A stretch of 64,000 nucleotides of DNA, taken from contig NIVC01001057.1 of NCBI GenBank assembly GCA_002269645.1, positions 1 to 64,000 of the forward strand, written 5' to 3'. Positions 15,001-25,311 of the stretch are shown here, piece after piece. Source of the stretch: Macrostomum lignano (Eukaryota). Position 1 is the stretch's first letter, and each line of letters starts with the position of its first letter. The notes beneath the pieces were generated by a model. It searched no databases. It was not told the DNA's origin and saw nothing but the letters and a program-made list of their open reading frames with translations. The translations under genes were made by a program, and so were the position numbers.

Positions 15001-18000
15001 CATCCCCAGATCCCAAACTTGCATCCCAGATCCAAAACTTGCATCCCAGATCCCAAACTTGCATCCCCAGATCCCAAACTTGCATCCCAGATCCAAAACT
15101 TGCATCCCAGATCCCAAACTTGCATCCCCAGATCCCAAACTTGCATCCCCAGATCCCAAACTTGCATCCCAGATCCCAAACTTGCATCATAGATCCCAAA
15201 CTTTCATCCCAGATCCAAAACTTGCATCCCGCAGATCCAAACTTGCACCCCAGATCCCAAACTTGCTCCCCGCAGATCCAAACTTGCATCCCAAATCCCA
15301 AACTTGCACCCCAGATCCCAAACTTGCATCCCAGATCCAAAACTTGCATCCCAGATCCCAAACTTGCATCCCCAGATCCCAAACTTGCATCCCAGATCCA
15401 AAACTTGCATCCCAGATCCCAAACTTGCATCCCCAGATCCCAAACTTGCATCCCAGATCCAAAACTTGCATCCCAGATCCCAAACTTGCATCCCCAGATC
15501 CCAAACTTGCATCCCCAGATCCCAAACTTGCATCCCAGATCCCAAACTTGCATCATAGATCCCAAACTTTCATCCCAGATCCAAAACTTGCATCCCGCAG
15601 ATCCAAACTTGCACCCCAGATCCCAAACTTGCTCCCCGCAGATCCAAACTTGCATCCCAAATCCCAAACTTGCACCCCAGATCCCAAACTTGCACCCCAG
15701 ATCCCAAACTTGCATCCCAGATCTCAAACTTGCACCCCAGATCCCAAACTTGCATCCCCAGATCCCAAACTTGCATCCCCAGATCCCAAACTTGCAACCC
15801 AGATCCCAAACTTGCATCCCCAGATCTCAAACTTGCATCCCCAGATCTCAAACTTGCATCCCCAGATCGCAAACTTGCACCCCAGATCGCAAACTTGCAT
15901 CCCAGATCTCAAACTTGCATCTCCAGATCGCAAACTTGCATCCCAGATCGCAAACTTGCACCCCAGATCGCAAACTTGCATCCCCAGATCTCAAGCTTGC
16001 ATCCCAGATCGCAAACTTGCACCCCAGATCGCAAACTTGCATCCCCAGATCTCAAACTTGCATCCCAGATCGCAAACTTGCACCCCAGATCGCAAACTTG
16101 CATCCCGCATTCCAATCCCACATCTCAGTGTTTGACCCGTTCGGCGGTGTCCTGGAGCCGACCCGGCCGGGCCAGCAGGCGCAGCAGCGGTCGGCGGCGG
16201 GTGCCCCGGCCGGTCAGGCGGCTCCGGTTGGCCACTCCGGCCTCACGGGCGACCTGGACTCGAGCCTGGCCGCGTTGGCCGGCCGCCTGGATATGCGCGG
16301 TCCGCAGTCCGGACAGTCCATGGGCGCCGGCCGTCAAGGCGTCAACTGGGCGCAGGCGGGCGGCGCCAATTCGGCGTGCACAGTCGGCGGCGGCGGCCCC
16401 GCAGCTCCGGTGCCGATCGCGCCAGGTCCGACTGTCAACTGGGGCGGCGGCGCCATGGCGCTGACCAGCCAGCCGGCGAGGTTCGCCATGCCGGTGAGCC
16501 TGGGGTCAGATGTAGCCATTGCTTGAACTGGTCCTCTGCTGGTCAGACTTGGTCAAGTCTTGTGCAGCTTTCAGCTAGCATTAATCAGGGTTTAGTCAAG
16601 TTCAAGGGTCAGTTTAGGCTACTTTATGTCAGTTTTAGTTAAGTTTAGGCAAGATTTTTAACCAAGATTTAGTCAGATTTAGTTTAATTTAGATTTAGAA
16701 GAACTACCACTCTATATCAAGATTATTCTATTTTAAGATCAGGTGTATTCCAGTTGACCAGTTTAGGTCAGGTGTATTCCAGTTTAGGTCAGGTGTATTC
16801 CAGTTTAGGTCAGGTGTATTCCAGTTTAGGTCAGGTGTATTCCAGTTTAGGCCAGGTGTATTCCAGTTTAGGTCAGGTGTATTCCAGTTTAGGTCAGGTG
16901 TATTCCAGTTTAGGTCAGGTGTATTCCAATTGACCAGTTTAGGTCAGGTGTATTCCCGTGTCGGTCAGGTGTATTCCAGTTTAGGTCAGGTGTATTCCAG
17001 TTTAGGTCAGGTGTATTCCAATTGACCAGTTTAGGTCAGGTGTATTCCAGTTTAGGTCAGGTGTATTCCAGTTTAGGTCAGGTGTATTCCAGTTTAGGTC
17101 AGGTGTATTCCAGTTTAGGTCAGGTGTATTCCAGTTTAGGTCAGGTGTATTCCAATTGACCAGTTTAGGTCAGGTGTATTCCAGTTGACCAGTTTAGGTC
17201 AGGTGTCCCAGTTTGGGTCAGGTCAAGTCTTATTTTTGAACAGCTTCTATAGAATAATTTGGTGCTTTGATCAGAGTGCTCAGATAATTTGCCAGACTTA
17301 GCTTTGTTAGTCTTGAATGGAAGATCACTGGAAGGTCACCAGCTTAAATTGCTCCGTCGCTGTCACCTGCAAGCAGCAGTTTGGCTCGGCTTATGCGCCT
17401 GGCTATGGCCCAGGCTATGGCCCAGGCTATGGCCCAGGCTATGGCCCAGGCTATGGCCCCTATGGCCCAGGACAGCAGCAGTGGCTTGGCCATCCCGCTG
17501 GCCCCCAATACCAGCCAGGGCAGCCAACCAGTGGCCAGGTAAAACCAGCTTTGATTATATCTGAGAATCGTTTGAGCTAAACTGATGAGGCGGCAGCTGG
17601 CTGCTCACGCGCCATGACCAGAAGCTAACAGCGTTGACTTGCTCTTGTTAAAGTACTTTTATAATCATGAAACATAGTTGCTTGCATTCTGATTTTTATA
17701 GTTTAACTGCATCAATGCGCTGGAATACGTTGAGATAAGGCAGAGTGGCAAGGGGGTCGCCCCCCCCAAGTAGACTGGCGCCTCCTTGACAGCTGATTTG
17801 CTCCCAATTTTAGCAGTTTGCCTACAAGCTGCTGGCGAAGCCTAAGATAGCGCTCCCGAGTTGGCGCCAAAAAATCCTGGCTGCGCCCCTGAGATAAGAT
17901 AAGATCACATTATTAGGAAGCACTTTTAAAGGCGATAAGGATTGATATTCAATAGCAGATACGAATTATCGGGAGCCATCAGTTATCGGTGCTAATTAAG

Positions 18001-18244
18001 CTAATTGGCTGGGTGCGCACCCCCCCCCCCGCAATCAGTGCCTTTGGGACAGGGGTCGAAGTTTATCGACGTTTGTGTTAACTGTTTGTTTGCTTTGGCT
18101 TTAATTATTTTTGCGATAAGTTTTCTCATAAAAAATTTCCAAACCAAGCGTCTATTATGAGTAGAAATGCGAACATTTTAACGACTATAAAAATTTCAGC
18201 AGAACGGCAGCAGCGGCTCCAGCGACCCGTTCGGCGCGCTCTGA
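9062..18244 (+). CDS. PICALM: Phosphatidylinositol-binding clathrin assembly protein (PICALM/AP180/SNAP91 family; ANTH domain plus low-complexity tail)
   Basis: Exons 9062-9227, 11112-11422, 12148-12901, 13506-13583, 13692-13736, 13808-13882, 16129-16493, ~17374/17377-17538, 18200-18244, all GT/AG and phase-consistent. [26 protein letters not shown]|[27 protein letters not shown] and LYKKFL match the ANTH domain. [22 protein letters not shown] and terminal DPFGAL* match the CALM-type tail. Confidence 0.95.
9885..10240. repeat. Decayed dispersed repeat, second copy at about 42700-43070
   Basis: Both loci share AGTTATCCTGATT, CTTAGAATTTCAT, (TTCTGGTAGC)n, TGGCCTGAGC.GTCTAGTACTGGTA, CGGGCGTTCAC and AGAGGGTCAC in the same order; family not identified. 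Confidence 0.8.
11560..11996. repeat. 59-bp minisatellite, about 7 copies, PICALM intron 2
   Basis: Unit GTCAGTCAGTGCACACACTGCTCCTTGGGGTCGGCCCCGGCCTGACCGACTGTCCCATT. Confidence 0.95.
13040..13490. repeat. Degenerate (GACCTGACCTCAGT)-core tandem repeat, PICALM intron 3
   Basis: Direct reading; ends about 15 nt before the acceptor at 13505. Confidence 0.9.
14495..16105. repeat. 19/20-bp minisatellite (CCCAGATCCCAAACTTGCAT[C]), about 80 copies, with higher-order structure, PICALM intron 6
   Basis: Direct reading; source of all large ORFs at 14347-16526. Confidence 0.97.
16750..17222. repeat. 21-bp minisatellite (CCAGTTTAGGTCAGGTGTATT), PICALM intron 7
   Basis: Direct reading. Confidence 0.95.
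17869..17891. repeat. 23-nt motif AAAAAATCCTGGCTGCGCC(C/T)CTG shared with 20207-20229; probable terminus of a small dispersed element
   Basis: Two copies with one mismatch; matching opposite ends not found. Confidence 0.4.
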
Positions 18245-18839
18245 CGGCTTCGACTCCTCCGGCTTGACAAATCGCTGCAAAGAAATGACAGATGGATGAT
18301 GAACAGCCTGACTATTCCCACACTGCGACAGCATTGCACTTGCTTATTGTAGATGCCCTAGAATCTTACAAATATCTGAAATGCGCTCTCGCGTTTCTGT
18401 TGTGCGCGTCATCAATCTGCTTTCCGCTTAACCATCTACCAGCTTCCCCTGATCCGCCATCAGCTGCCCCATCAGCCCCCTACGCCTCGCTGAGTTTTAT
18501 TGCGGCCCGCTGAGGCTCCTCATTCGCAGCCGCTCTACCCGTCTGTCACAATGCGCTTCTTTACACAGTGCGACACTCAATCGAAATTTCAATGCTCTTT
18601 CAGTCGGCCCCGGGCCCGCGGCAGCCCTCAGTTTTCTGATGACTCCCGCCCGCCTTTTTTGCTATCAACAAATTGGATTTGCATGCCCGCAGCTGCGCTA
18701 AAAATTGAAAATCCCTTTTTTAAATTAAATTTTCTCCCATTGCGTTCTCTTTTCTCGTTTTCAATCCCTTCTTCTGCCTGTTTTAGTATTTCTAACTGCG
18801 GCGGCGGCCGGCGGGCAGCACGGTGGCTCTTGGCGATTC

Positions 18840-19140
18840 CCCACCGACGTCCCTCCGACATCCCTCCGACATCCTACCGACATCCCTCCGACATCCTACC
18901 GACATCTCTCCGACATCCCACCTACATCCCTCCGACATCCTACCGACATCTCTCCGACATCCCACCTACATCCCTCCGACATCCCTCCGACATCCTACCG
19001 ACATCCCTCCGACATCCTACCGACATCCCTCCGACATCCCACCCGCATCCCTCCCACATCCCTCCGACATCCTACCGACATCTCTCCGACATCCCACCGA
19101 CATCCTTCCGACATCCTAGCGACACTCCACCAGCCGACAT
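18840..19140. repeat. 11-bp minisatellite (CCGACATCCCT/A)
   Basis: Direct reading. Confidence 0.93.
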
Positions 19141-19689
19141 GCCATCGCTTGTCCGCGGCCGCCCGGGCCGCCTAATCGCACTACATTAATCCGCGCGGGT
19201 GCGGCCTCACCGACCTCGTGCACTTTTTCACTTAGCAAAAATTGAAATGAGAATTACACTTTTTGGACCGATCGAAGAGATTATTTCGAAGCACCGAGGA
19301 ATTTTTGCAATTCCAAAGTACATTTTGCTGCGCTGGCAGACTTTTTCTTCATTACACTGTGCTGTCCTGGGCTGAAAATTGCAGAAGTTATCCGTCATTG
19401 TCCTACTTATAGAGTAAATTTAAAAAGAAGGAAAAGTTAAAATCCGTTTGTTTTGTCTGTACGCTCGTATAAGCCGCCATCATAGATAATAGAATAACTG
19501 ATGTCATTCACAGTTAAAGTTGTGAAGAATATTATAGCGTCTACTTTGTTTTTAGTAGTCTGCGTGCAGTGTCACTTAAATTTAATTTGGCAGTTAAAAT
19601 TTACTTTCCTTCCTCGAGGTTTGTGGCCTTCAGGAGCATATGATATGGGTTAAGAATAAACAACTTGATGTACTAAAGTGAAAGCAAGA

Positions 19690-19972
19690 CGGACGAAACT
19701 CAGAGGCAGGCCCTATCTGGCTCAGCCAATGACCGAGCTGTAAGGAAAGAGGTCGAAGACAGACGAAACGCAGCCTAGGGGGGGGGCTATCTGGCTCAGC
19801 CAATGACCGAGCTGTAAGGAAAGAGGTCGAAGACAGACGAAACGCAGCCTAGGGGGGGGGCTATCTGGCTCAGCGAATGACAGAGCTGTAAGGAAAGAGG
19901 TCGAAGACAGACGAAACGCAGCCTAGGGGGGGGGGCTATCTGGCTCAGCCAATGAGAGCAGTGAGGAAAGGG
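19690..19972. repeat. 74-bp tandem repeat, about 3.7 copies, CCAAT-containing
   Basis: GAGCTG anchors at 19735, 19809 and 19883 give a 74-bp period. Confidence 0.9.
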
Positions 19973-20270
19973 GTCAAAGCTAGATACTAGCTGGCAATAG
20001 GAAAGTCAAACTGTTAACGGCCTGACTGGGGACTGAGACAACCCACCACTTTTCTCTCTTGCTCGCGTCGCAATGCACACGCACTTTTGGGTTTTTCAAG
20101 CCATGCAAGAAAAAACCAGAGGTGGTTGTTGCCAGTGCCAAATTCCGGAGAAAAAATTGCTTCTCCCCCAGAAATTCCAGGGAAAAAATCCTCTACACAC
20201 TCCCGAAAAAAATCCTGGCTGCGCCTCTGGTTGCTGCAGTTTAAAAAACGTATAATTTGAATTTTATAAC

Positions 20271-22205
20271 AACACAACAACAACAACAAAATACGCTGTC
20301 ATGATGGTAAAAGTCAGCGTCACAGGGCGCGCTTCATGGCTTGGGCGCGAACAAAGGCCGCGCCACCGGCAGTGTCCGGGGCGCCGGCGTCAGCCAGCAG
20401 ACAGTCGACATAACGCCGAGTTCGCGCTTGACCTCGCCGGTAGGGTGCCTGCAGCGTGAGCAGCAGCACCTCCTGCACCGGCTGTGGGCAGTACGACTCG
20501 GCGCGGATGAGATGGCCTGCGAGCTGGAGTCGCCGACGGCGCAGTAGATCACTTGGACGTGGCAGGCCAGCGCGGCGATAGAGTGCCGCGTTGGTGACTC
20601 GCTCGACGCCGATGTTGAAGGCGGCGCGCAGCAGACCAGCGTGCGCCGCATCGACTTGCTGTTCGAGTGAGTCCGTCAGCGTCCAGGTCTCGGCGTTGTA
20701 CAGCAGGACGGTCTCGATTACCGCCTGGAACAGCGCCGCCCTCTGGCGGTCCGGTAGGGCCTCGGACTGCAGGACTGCCCTCACAGAACGAAAGGCAGCC
20801 CAGGCAAGCCCGCGGCGGCGTCGCAGGTCCTCGCGAGCGTCTGGAACCAGACCGCCGAGGTAGACGAACTGCTGACATCGCGGGAGTTCGGTCGCCTGCC
20901 CGTCAGCGCCTCGGCAAAATATTGCAGCCTCGATGTCGTCCGGCACGCAGAGCACAACGGTCTTCTGCGTGTTGACCACCAGGCCGACACTCGCCGCAAC
21001 GGCAACCAGCCTGTCCAGCTGCCGTTGGGCGCCCTCGACGGTCGAGGACAGCAGGGCGAGGTCGTCGGCGTAGCCAAGCACGCTGAGCCGCTTCTCCGGT
21101 TGACGTCGACCCACGCGTCGCTGCAGCAGAAAACCGTCGTCGTCGGTAGGAAGAGCAGTCCGCAGCACCCAGTCAAGCACCAGGACGAACAGAAACGGCG
21201 CCAGCGTATCTCCCTGAAGCACTCCGGAGGATGTCTCAAAGGAGTCCGATAGGCCGTCCGGTGTTGTCACAGCAGCTGTCGTATCACGGTACATCGCCAT
21301 GACGGCGGAGATCAGCTGCTCAGGCACGTTGTACGCGCGGAGCACCATTGGAAGCACGGCTCTGACAACCGAGTCGAATGCCTTCTTGAAATCAATAAAG
21401 ATTAAAATCAGGATCGACTGACGAATCCGCGCCTCCTCGATGACTCGGCGAAGAGCCAGGATCTGCGCCACTGTGCCGCGATGGGGCCGGAACCCGTTCT
21501 GCTCTGGGCGCAGGTACGGATCCAGCACGGGCTGCAACCGCGAAAGCAGCATCCGGTTGAACAGCTTCGCTGCACAGGACTGAAGGCAGATGCCTCGATG
21601 GTCTTCAAGCCTAGTGGTGCCCGGCTTCTTTGGAACAGCGACGATGTGCGCCGTGGTCCATTCGTTGGGCGCCGCCTCACCGAAGAGCACGCGGTTCATC
21701 ACTCTGGCGACCTCAGCGGCCACACAGGGGATGCGCAGCGCCTCGATGGGCACCTCGTCCGGACCCAGCGCTTTCCCGCCCGGTGACTGCTGGGCGAGCT
21801 TGACAACGTCGGCTGCGTTGACTGGGGCTACGCTGAAACTCTCCTCTGCCGGCAGCGGCGTCTCCGGCGGCAGCGTCAGACTGTCTGGCAGCGGGGGTGG
21901 CGGCGCGTTGACGATGGTGGCGAAGAACTCGCGCAGCTCGTTCCTACGCTCGTCCGGCGTGTCACCAGCCAGGTTCAGCGGATTGCGCCGCTTTCGTCCC
22001 GTCAGAGCGTTGATGGCGGACCAGGCCACGCGCCCTCTGGCATCGGGCCCAGCGGCAGAGACAGCCTGAATGGCGTCATCGACAGCCGCTTGTTGGCGCT
22101 GCAGGTAGACAGCTGCCAGAGCTGCCTCTGCCTCGCGGGTTGGTCGCCTGCTCAAGCGGAGCTTCTCCAGATCTTCCCTCGCTGCCTGAATCGCGTTTTT
22201 GCCTA
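20271..22205 (-). mobile_element. 5'-truncated non-LTR retrotransposon (RTE-like LINE) with (TTG)n tail and 11-bp target-site duplication
   Basis: TSD AATTTTATAAC at 20260-20270 and 22206-22216. (CAA)n on plus at 20271-20289 is the (TTG)n 3' tail. RT ORF intact; no endonuclease domain because of the truncation. Confidence 0.92.
20320..22155 (-). CDS. Reverse transcriptase of RTE-like LINE (no APE domain; frame stays open to the truncation point)
   Basis: Motifs GPDEVP, VPKKPG...DHRGICL, QNGFRPHRG, FIDFKKAFDSV, GVLQGDTLAPFLF, YADD, FVYLG, LLYNAETWTL. Confidence 0.92.
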   Translation of the reverse strand: MSRRPTREAEAALAAVYLQRQQAAVDDAIQAVSAAGPDARGRVAWSAINALTGRKRRNPLNLAGDTPDERRNELREFFATIVNAPPPPLPDSLTLPPETPLPAEESFSVAPVNAADVVKLAQQSPGGKALGPDEVPIEALRIPCVAAEVARVMNRVLFGEAAPNEWTTAHIVAVPKKPGTTRLEDHRGICLQSCAAKLFNRMLLSRLQPVLDPYLRPEQNGFRPHRGTVAQILALRRVIEEARIRQSILILIFIDFKKAFDSVVRAVLPMVLRAYNVPEQLISAVMAMYRDTTAAVTTPDGLSDSFETSSGVLQGDTLAPFLFVLVLDWVLRTALPTDDDGFLLQRRVGRRQPEKRLSVLGYADDLALLSSTVEGAQRQLDRLVAVAASVGLVVNTQKTVVLCVPDDIEAAIFCRGADGQATELPRCQQFVYLGGLVPDAREDLRRRRGLAWAAFRSVRAVLQSEALPDRQRAALFQAVIETVLLYNAETWTLTDSLEQQVDAAHAGLLRAAFNIGVERVTNAALYRRAGLPRPSDLLRRRRLQLAGHLIRAESYCPQPVQEVLLLTLQAPYRRGQARTRRYVDCLLADAGAPDTAGGAAFVRAQAMKRAL

Positions 22206-24374
22206 AATTTTATAACCATTTAGGCAAAAACTTATTTTGCTACTGAAAAAGGCCTCATTTTTTGAAAAAAGAATGAAAAAGATCGCCTTTTTTAGTTACA
22301 TCTACTTATGTGTGGTACGAGCTATAAGCAGTTTTGTTTTTGCCATAGAAAGCAGAGCTCCTTCATACCGCCATCAATTAAGACATCACTTCACAAGTGA
22401 TGCGCAAGGCTCCAAAGTTTGCGTAAATAATAATGACCACGCAAATTTTGGCGCGAATGATCATTTAGGAGCTACATGTTCATGCAGTGGTCATTTGTTT
22501 ACATGAAAACTCGTTAAGTGCTCACTAAGCTTCACATCTCACCCCTACTTCCATGACTCACTCAGCTTCACAGCTTCCCTCCTATGACTTATTCAGCCTT
22601 GCAGCGTCCATGGCTCTGTGGACACTAGCCGAGTCCTCTTTGCCACCTTCCATCTCTCATTCGCGCCGCCCCGGGCACCACAGAAGAGCAAAAATGACGT
22701 CCCAAATCACGTGAATTTTCTCCACGTGTACCGCGGTGCCCCAGCTTGTTCTTCCACGTGGCGTGCTGGTTTTGCCTGTGCCAGACAGAAATTGTCTTTG
22801 ACTGTGTCTTTGAGCTGCTCTAGTCCGACACGCCAATTAGAAAGTCGCTACGAGTTCGAGCGGCTTAAAGTCGGTCTGCGGCAGCTGCTCCCCGAAACTC
22901 GAATAGTGGGACGCGAGTAATTAAACAGATGCGCGCAGTCGCTGCCTCGCGTGCCCGCCAGCAGCTGCCGCGAGTGGCCGACAGGCCGGCAGCCCCCGCG
23001 CTAATTTGAATTCGAGTGCGCGTCTGCAAAACACGCCGGCTCGACCCTGACACCTGCCCGCCTGCCAGCGAGGGGGGGGGCTTAATGAGGCTCCGCGAAT
23101 GCGACCGCGTCTGCTTTCCGCACGTATCTGGGCCAATTTTCGGACTGAGGCGGAGTCCCTGATATCTGCGCCTGCAACAATTCCTGCTTGCCTTCAATGC
23201 CGACTTTTACTAGTATACGTGACCAAATATGACAGCTGTTGGTGCTCATCAAGCCTTCTGCATGTGTCCTGGATAATCTCTACACTTGTCCACCGTCATC
23301 TCTGCATGCATGTACATCCACTCTGCATTCTTAATGTGTCTAACCTCGGTTTATAAATGTCTGCATGTGATGCAAGGATATCTTATCTTCGATTTGTACC
23401 CGTGTTCACGATGATGCGTCCACACAATGATTGTTTATGTCCACGAGATGATTCCCACTTCTAAGCTTCTACACACGCGCCAGCAATGTCGGCTGTGGGC
23501 TCATGAAAATGTCCAGGGCCTTTGCAGCAGGTGTCCGCAATAAGAATTGATTGTCAAACGATTCCCAGTCATCTTTGTCGCATAAAACACGCCTCCGCGC
23601 TTCACTGCAGCGGCCGCTAAGCCGGATTTCTACACAGATGAACCGAAATGCGCGGGCTGTGACGGATCGCGGGATCAACGCGGCTCAGTCATGCCGGGAT
23701 TGGGGGGCGGCGCCTGCGCGGATTAAAACGAAAGCCCAGCCAGCTACCGGATGGGGAAGTCGCTGGCCGATGAGCTCCCTGATTTATCTGCCGCAGCTGC
23801 CCCCCCCCTGTCCGGGACGCCCAAGGCTTGGCAAAGAGTTTCTTCGGCCGCAGGAATTGCAGGAAGTTCGGGCAAAAGGACCGGAAGCCGCTGCGCTGAA
23901 GCATTCATTCAGGCTGGCTGGGGAGCCCCGAGATGGAGAGCATCGAAGGGTCCCAGAGGGTCTCTTTGAATCGCTGAGAGAAGAGCGACATCATGCAAAT
24001 TTAAAATTTTTAATAGACTGCAGGTTGCATCAGAAGCCAGTCAAGCGTAATGATTTATAATCAGCTGCTGTGCAATTATTGAGACGCTGGAGACGCTGGG
24101 CACGAAGGCGAGCGCCAGCCTCTTCGCTTCCTCCAATCCGACGCTGCCGCGGCGCCATTGGGCGGGGCTGCTGCAGTAAAAGCTGCCGCCCGCGGCTGCC
24201 GCGAGCCGGCGCGCACTGGTGGGGAGCGAGGCCTGAATTCTCCCTGAGCTCGAGATTTGAATCACCTTAGCTGAGGACTTCGCATACGGTTAGTCTGACT
24301 CGCTCGTTTTCGCTTCCATTGATTTCAAATAGAATAGAATAGTACGAGCGTATTAGTAATAAATCGTGTTCACT

Positions 24375-25010
24375 GCACTTCCCTTCATTCACAGCGCCTC
24401 TCTTCATTCACAGCGCCTCCCTTCATTCACAGCGCCTCCCTTGATTCACAGCGCCTCCCTTCATTCACAGCGCCTCCCTTCATTCACAGCGCCTCCCTTC
24501 ATTCACAGCGCCTCCCTTCATTCACAGCGCCTCCCTTCATTCACAGCGCCTCCCTTCATTCACAGCGCCTCCCTTCATTCACAGCGCCTCCCTTCATTCA
24601 CAGCACCTCTCTTCATTCACAGCGCCTCCCTTCATTCACAGCGCCTCCCTTCATTCACAGCGCCTCCCTTCATTCACAGCGCCTCTCTTCATTCACAGCG
24701 CCTCCCTTCATTCACAGCGCCTCCCTTCATTCACAACGCCTCCCTTCATTCACAGCGCCTCCCTTCATTCACAGCGCCTCCCTTCATTCACAGCGCCTCC
24801 CTTCATTCACAGCGCCTCCCTTCATTCACAGCACCTCTCTTCATTCACAGCGCCTCCCTTCATTCACAGCACTTCCATTCATTCACAACGCCTCCCTTCA
24901 GTCACAGCACCTCCTTCCCTTCATTCACAGCGCCTCCCTCCCTTCATTCACAGCACCTCCCTCCCTTCATTCACAGCGCCTACCTCCCTTCATTCACAGC
25001 GCCCCCTTCA
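24375..25010. repeat. 19-bp minisatellite (CAGCGCCTCCCTTCATTCA); paralogous array at 30905-31545
   Basis: Direct reading. Confidence 0.95.
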
Positions 25011-25311
25011 TCAAATTTGCACGACTTGCGAGTGTAGCAGATAAATAAAGGAGGAATGAAAGCTCACAGGCTGCTCTAAAGGACTGGCAGGCACCATCGT
25101 GTCGGATTGAATGTACTCGTACACTTGGCTGCACTGTCTATGGCCGGAAGCAGAGGTTTAACTTAACAGAGCATTGGCTATTGCACTCTCATGGCACTTG
25201 GCGAAACTCAATCCTAATTCCTTCCTGATTCCGAATTTGTTAACCCCTGACTCTTAGCTTCTCAACCCCCTCCGCTCTCTGGCAGAGCTGCTCGAATAAA
25301 AAAGCAGGGCG

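Noticed and set aside
14347-16128. Very long ORFs (up to 658 aa) in PICALM intron 6
   Set aside because: They are translations of a 19/20-bp array open in several frames on both strands; only the part from 16129 is a real exon.
22618-24270. Several 70-170-aa ORFs in the gap after the LINE
   Set aside because: No recognisable motifs, no consistent exon chain or codon bias.
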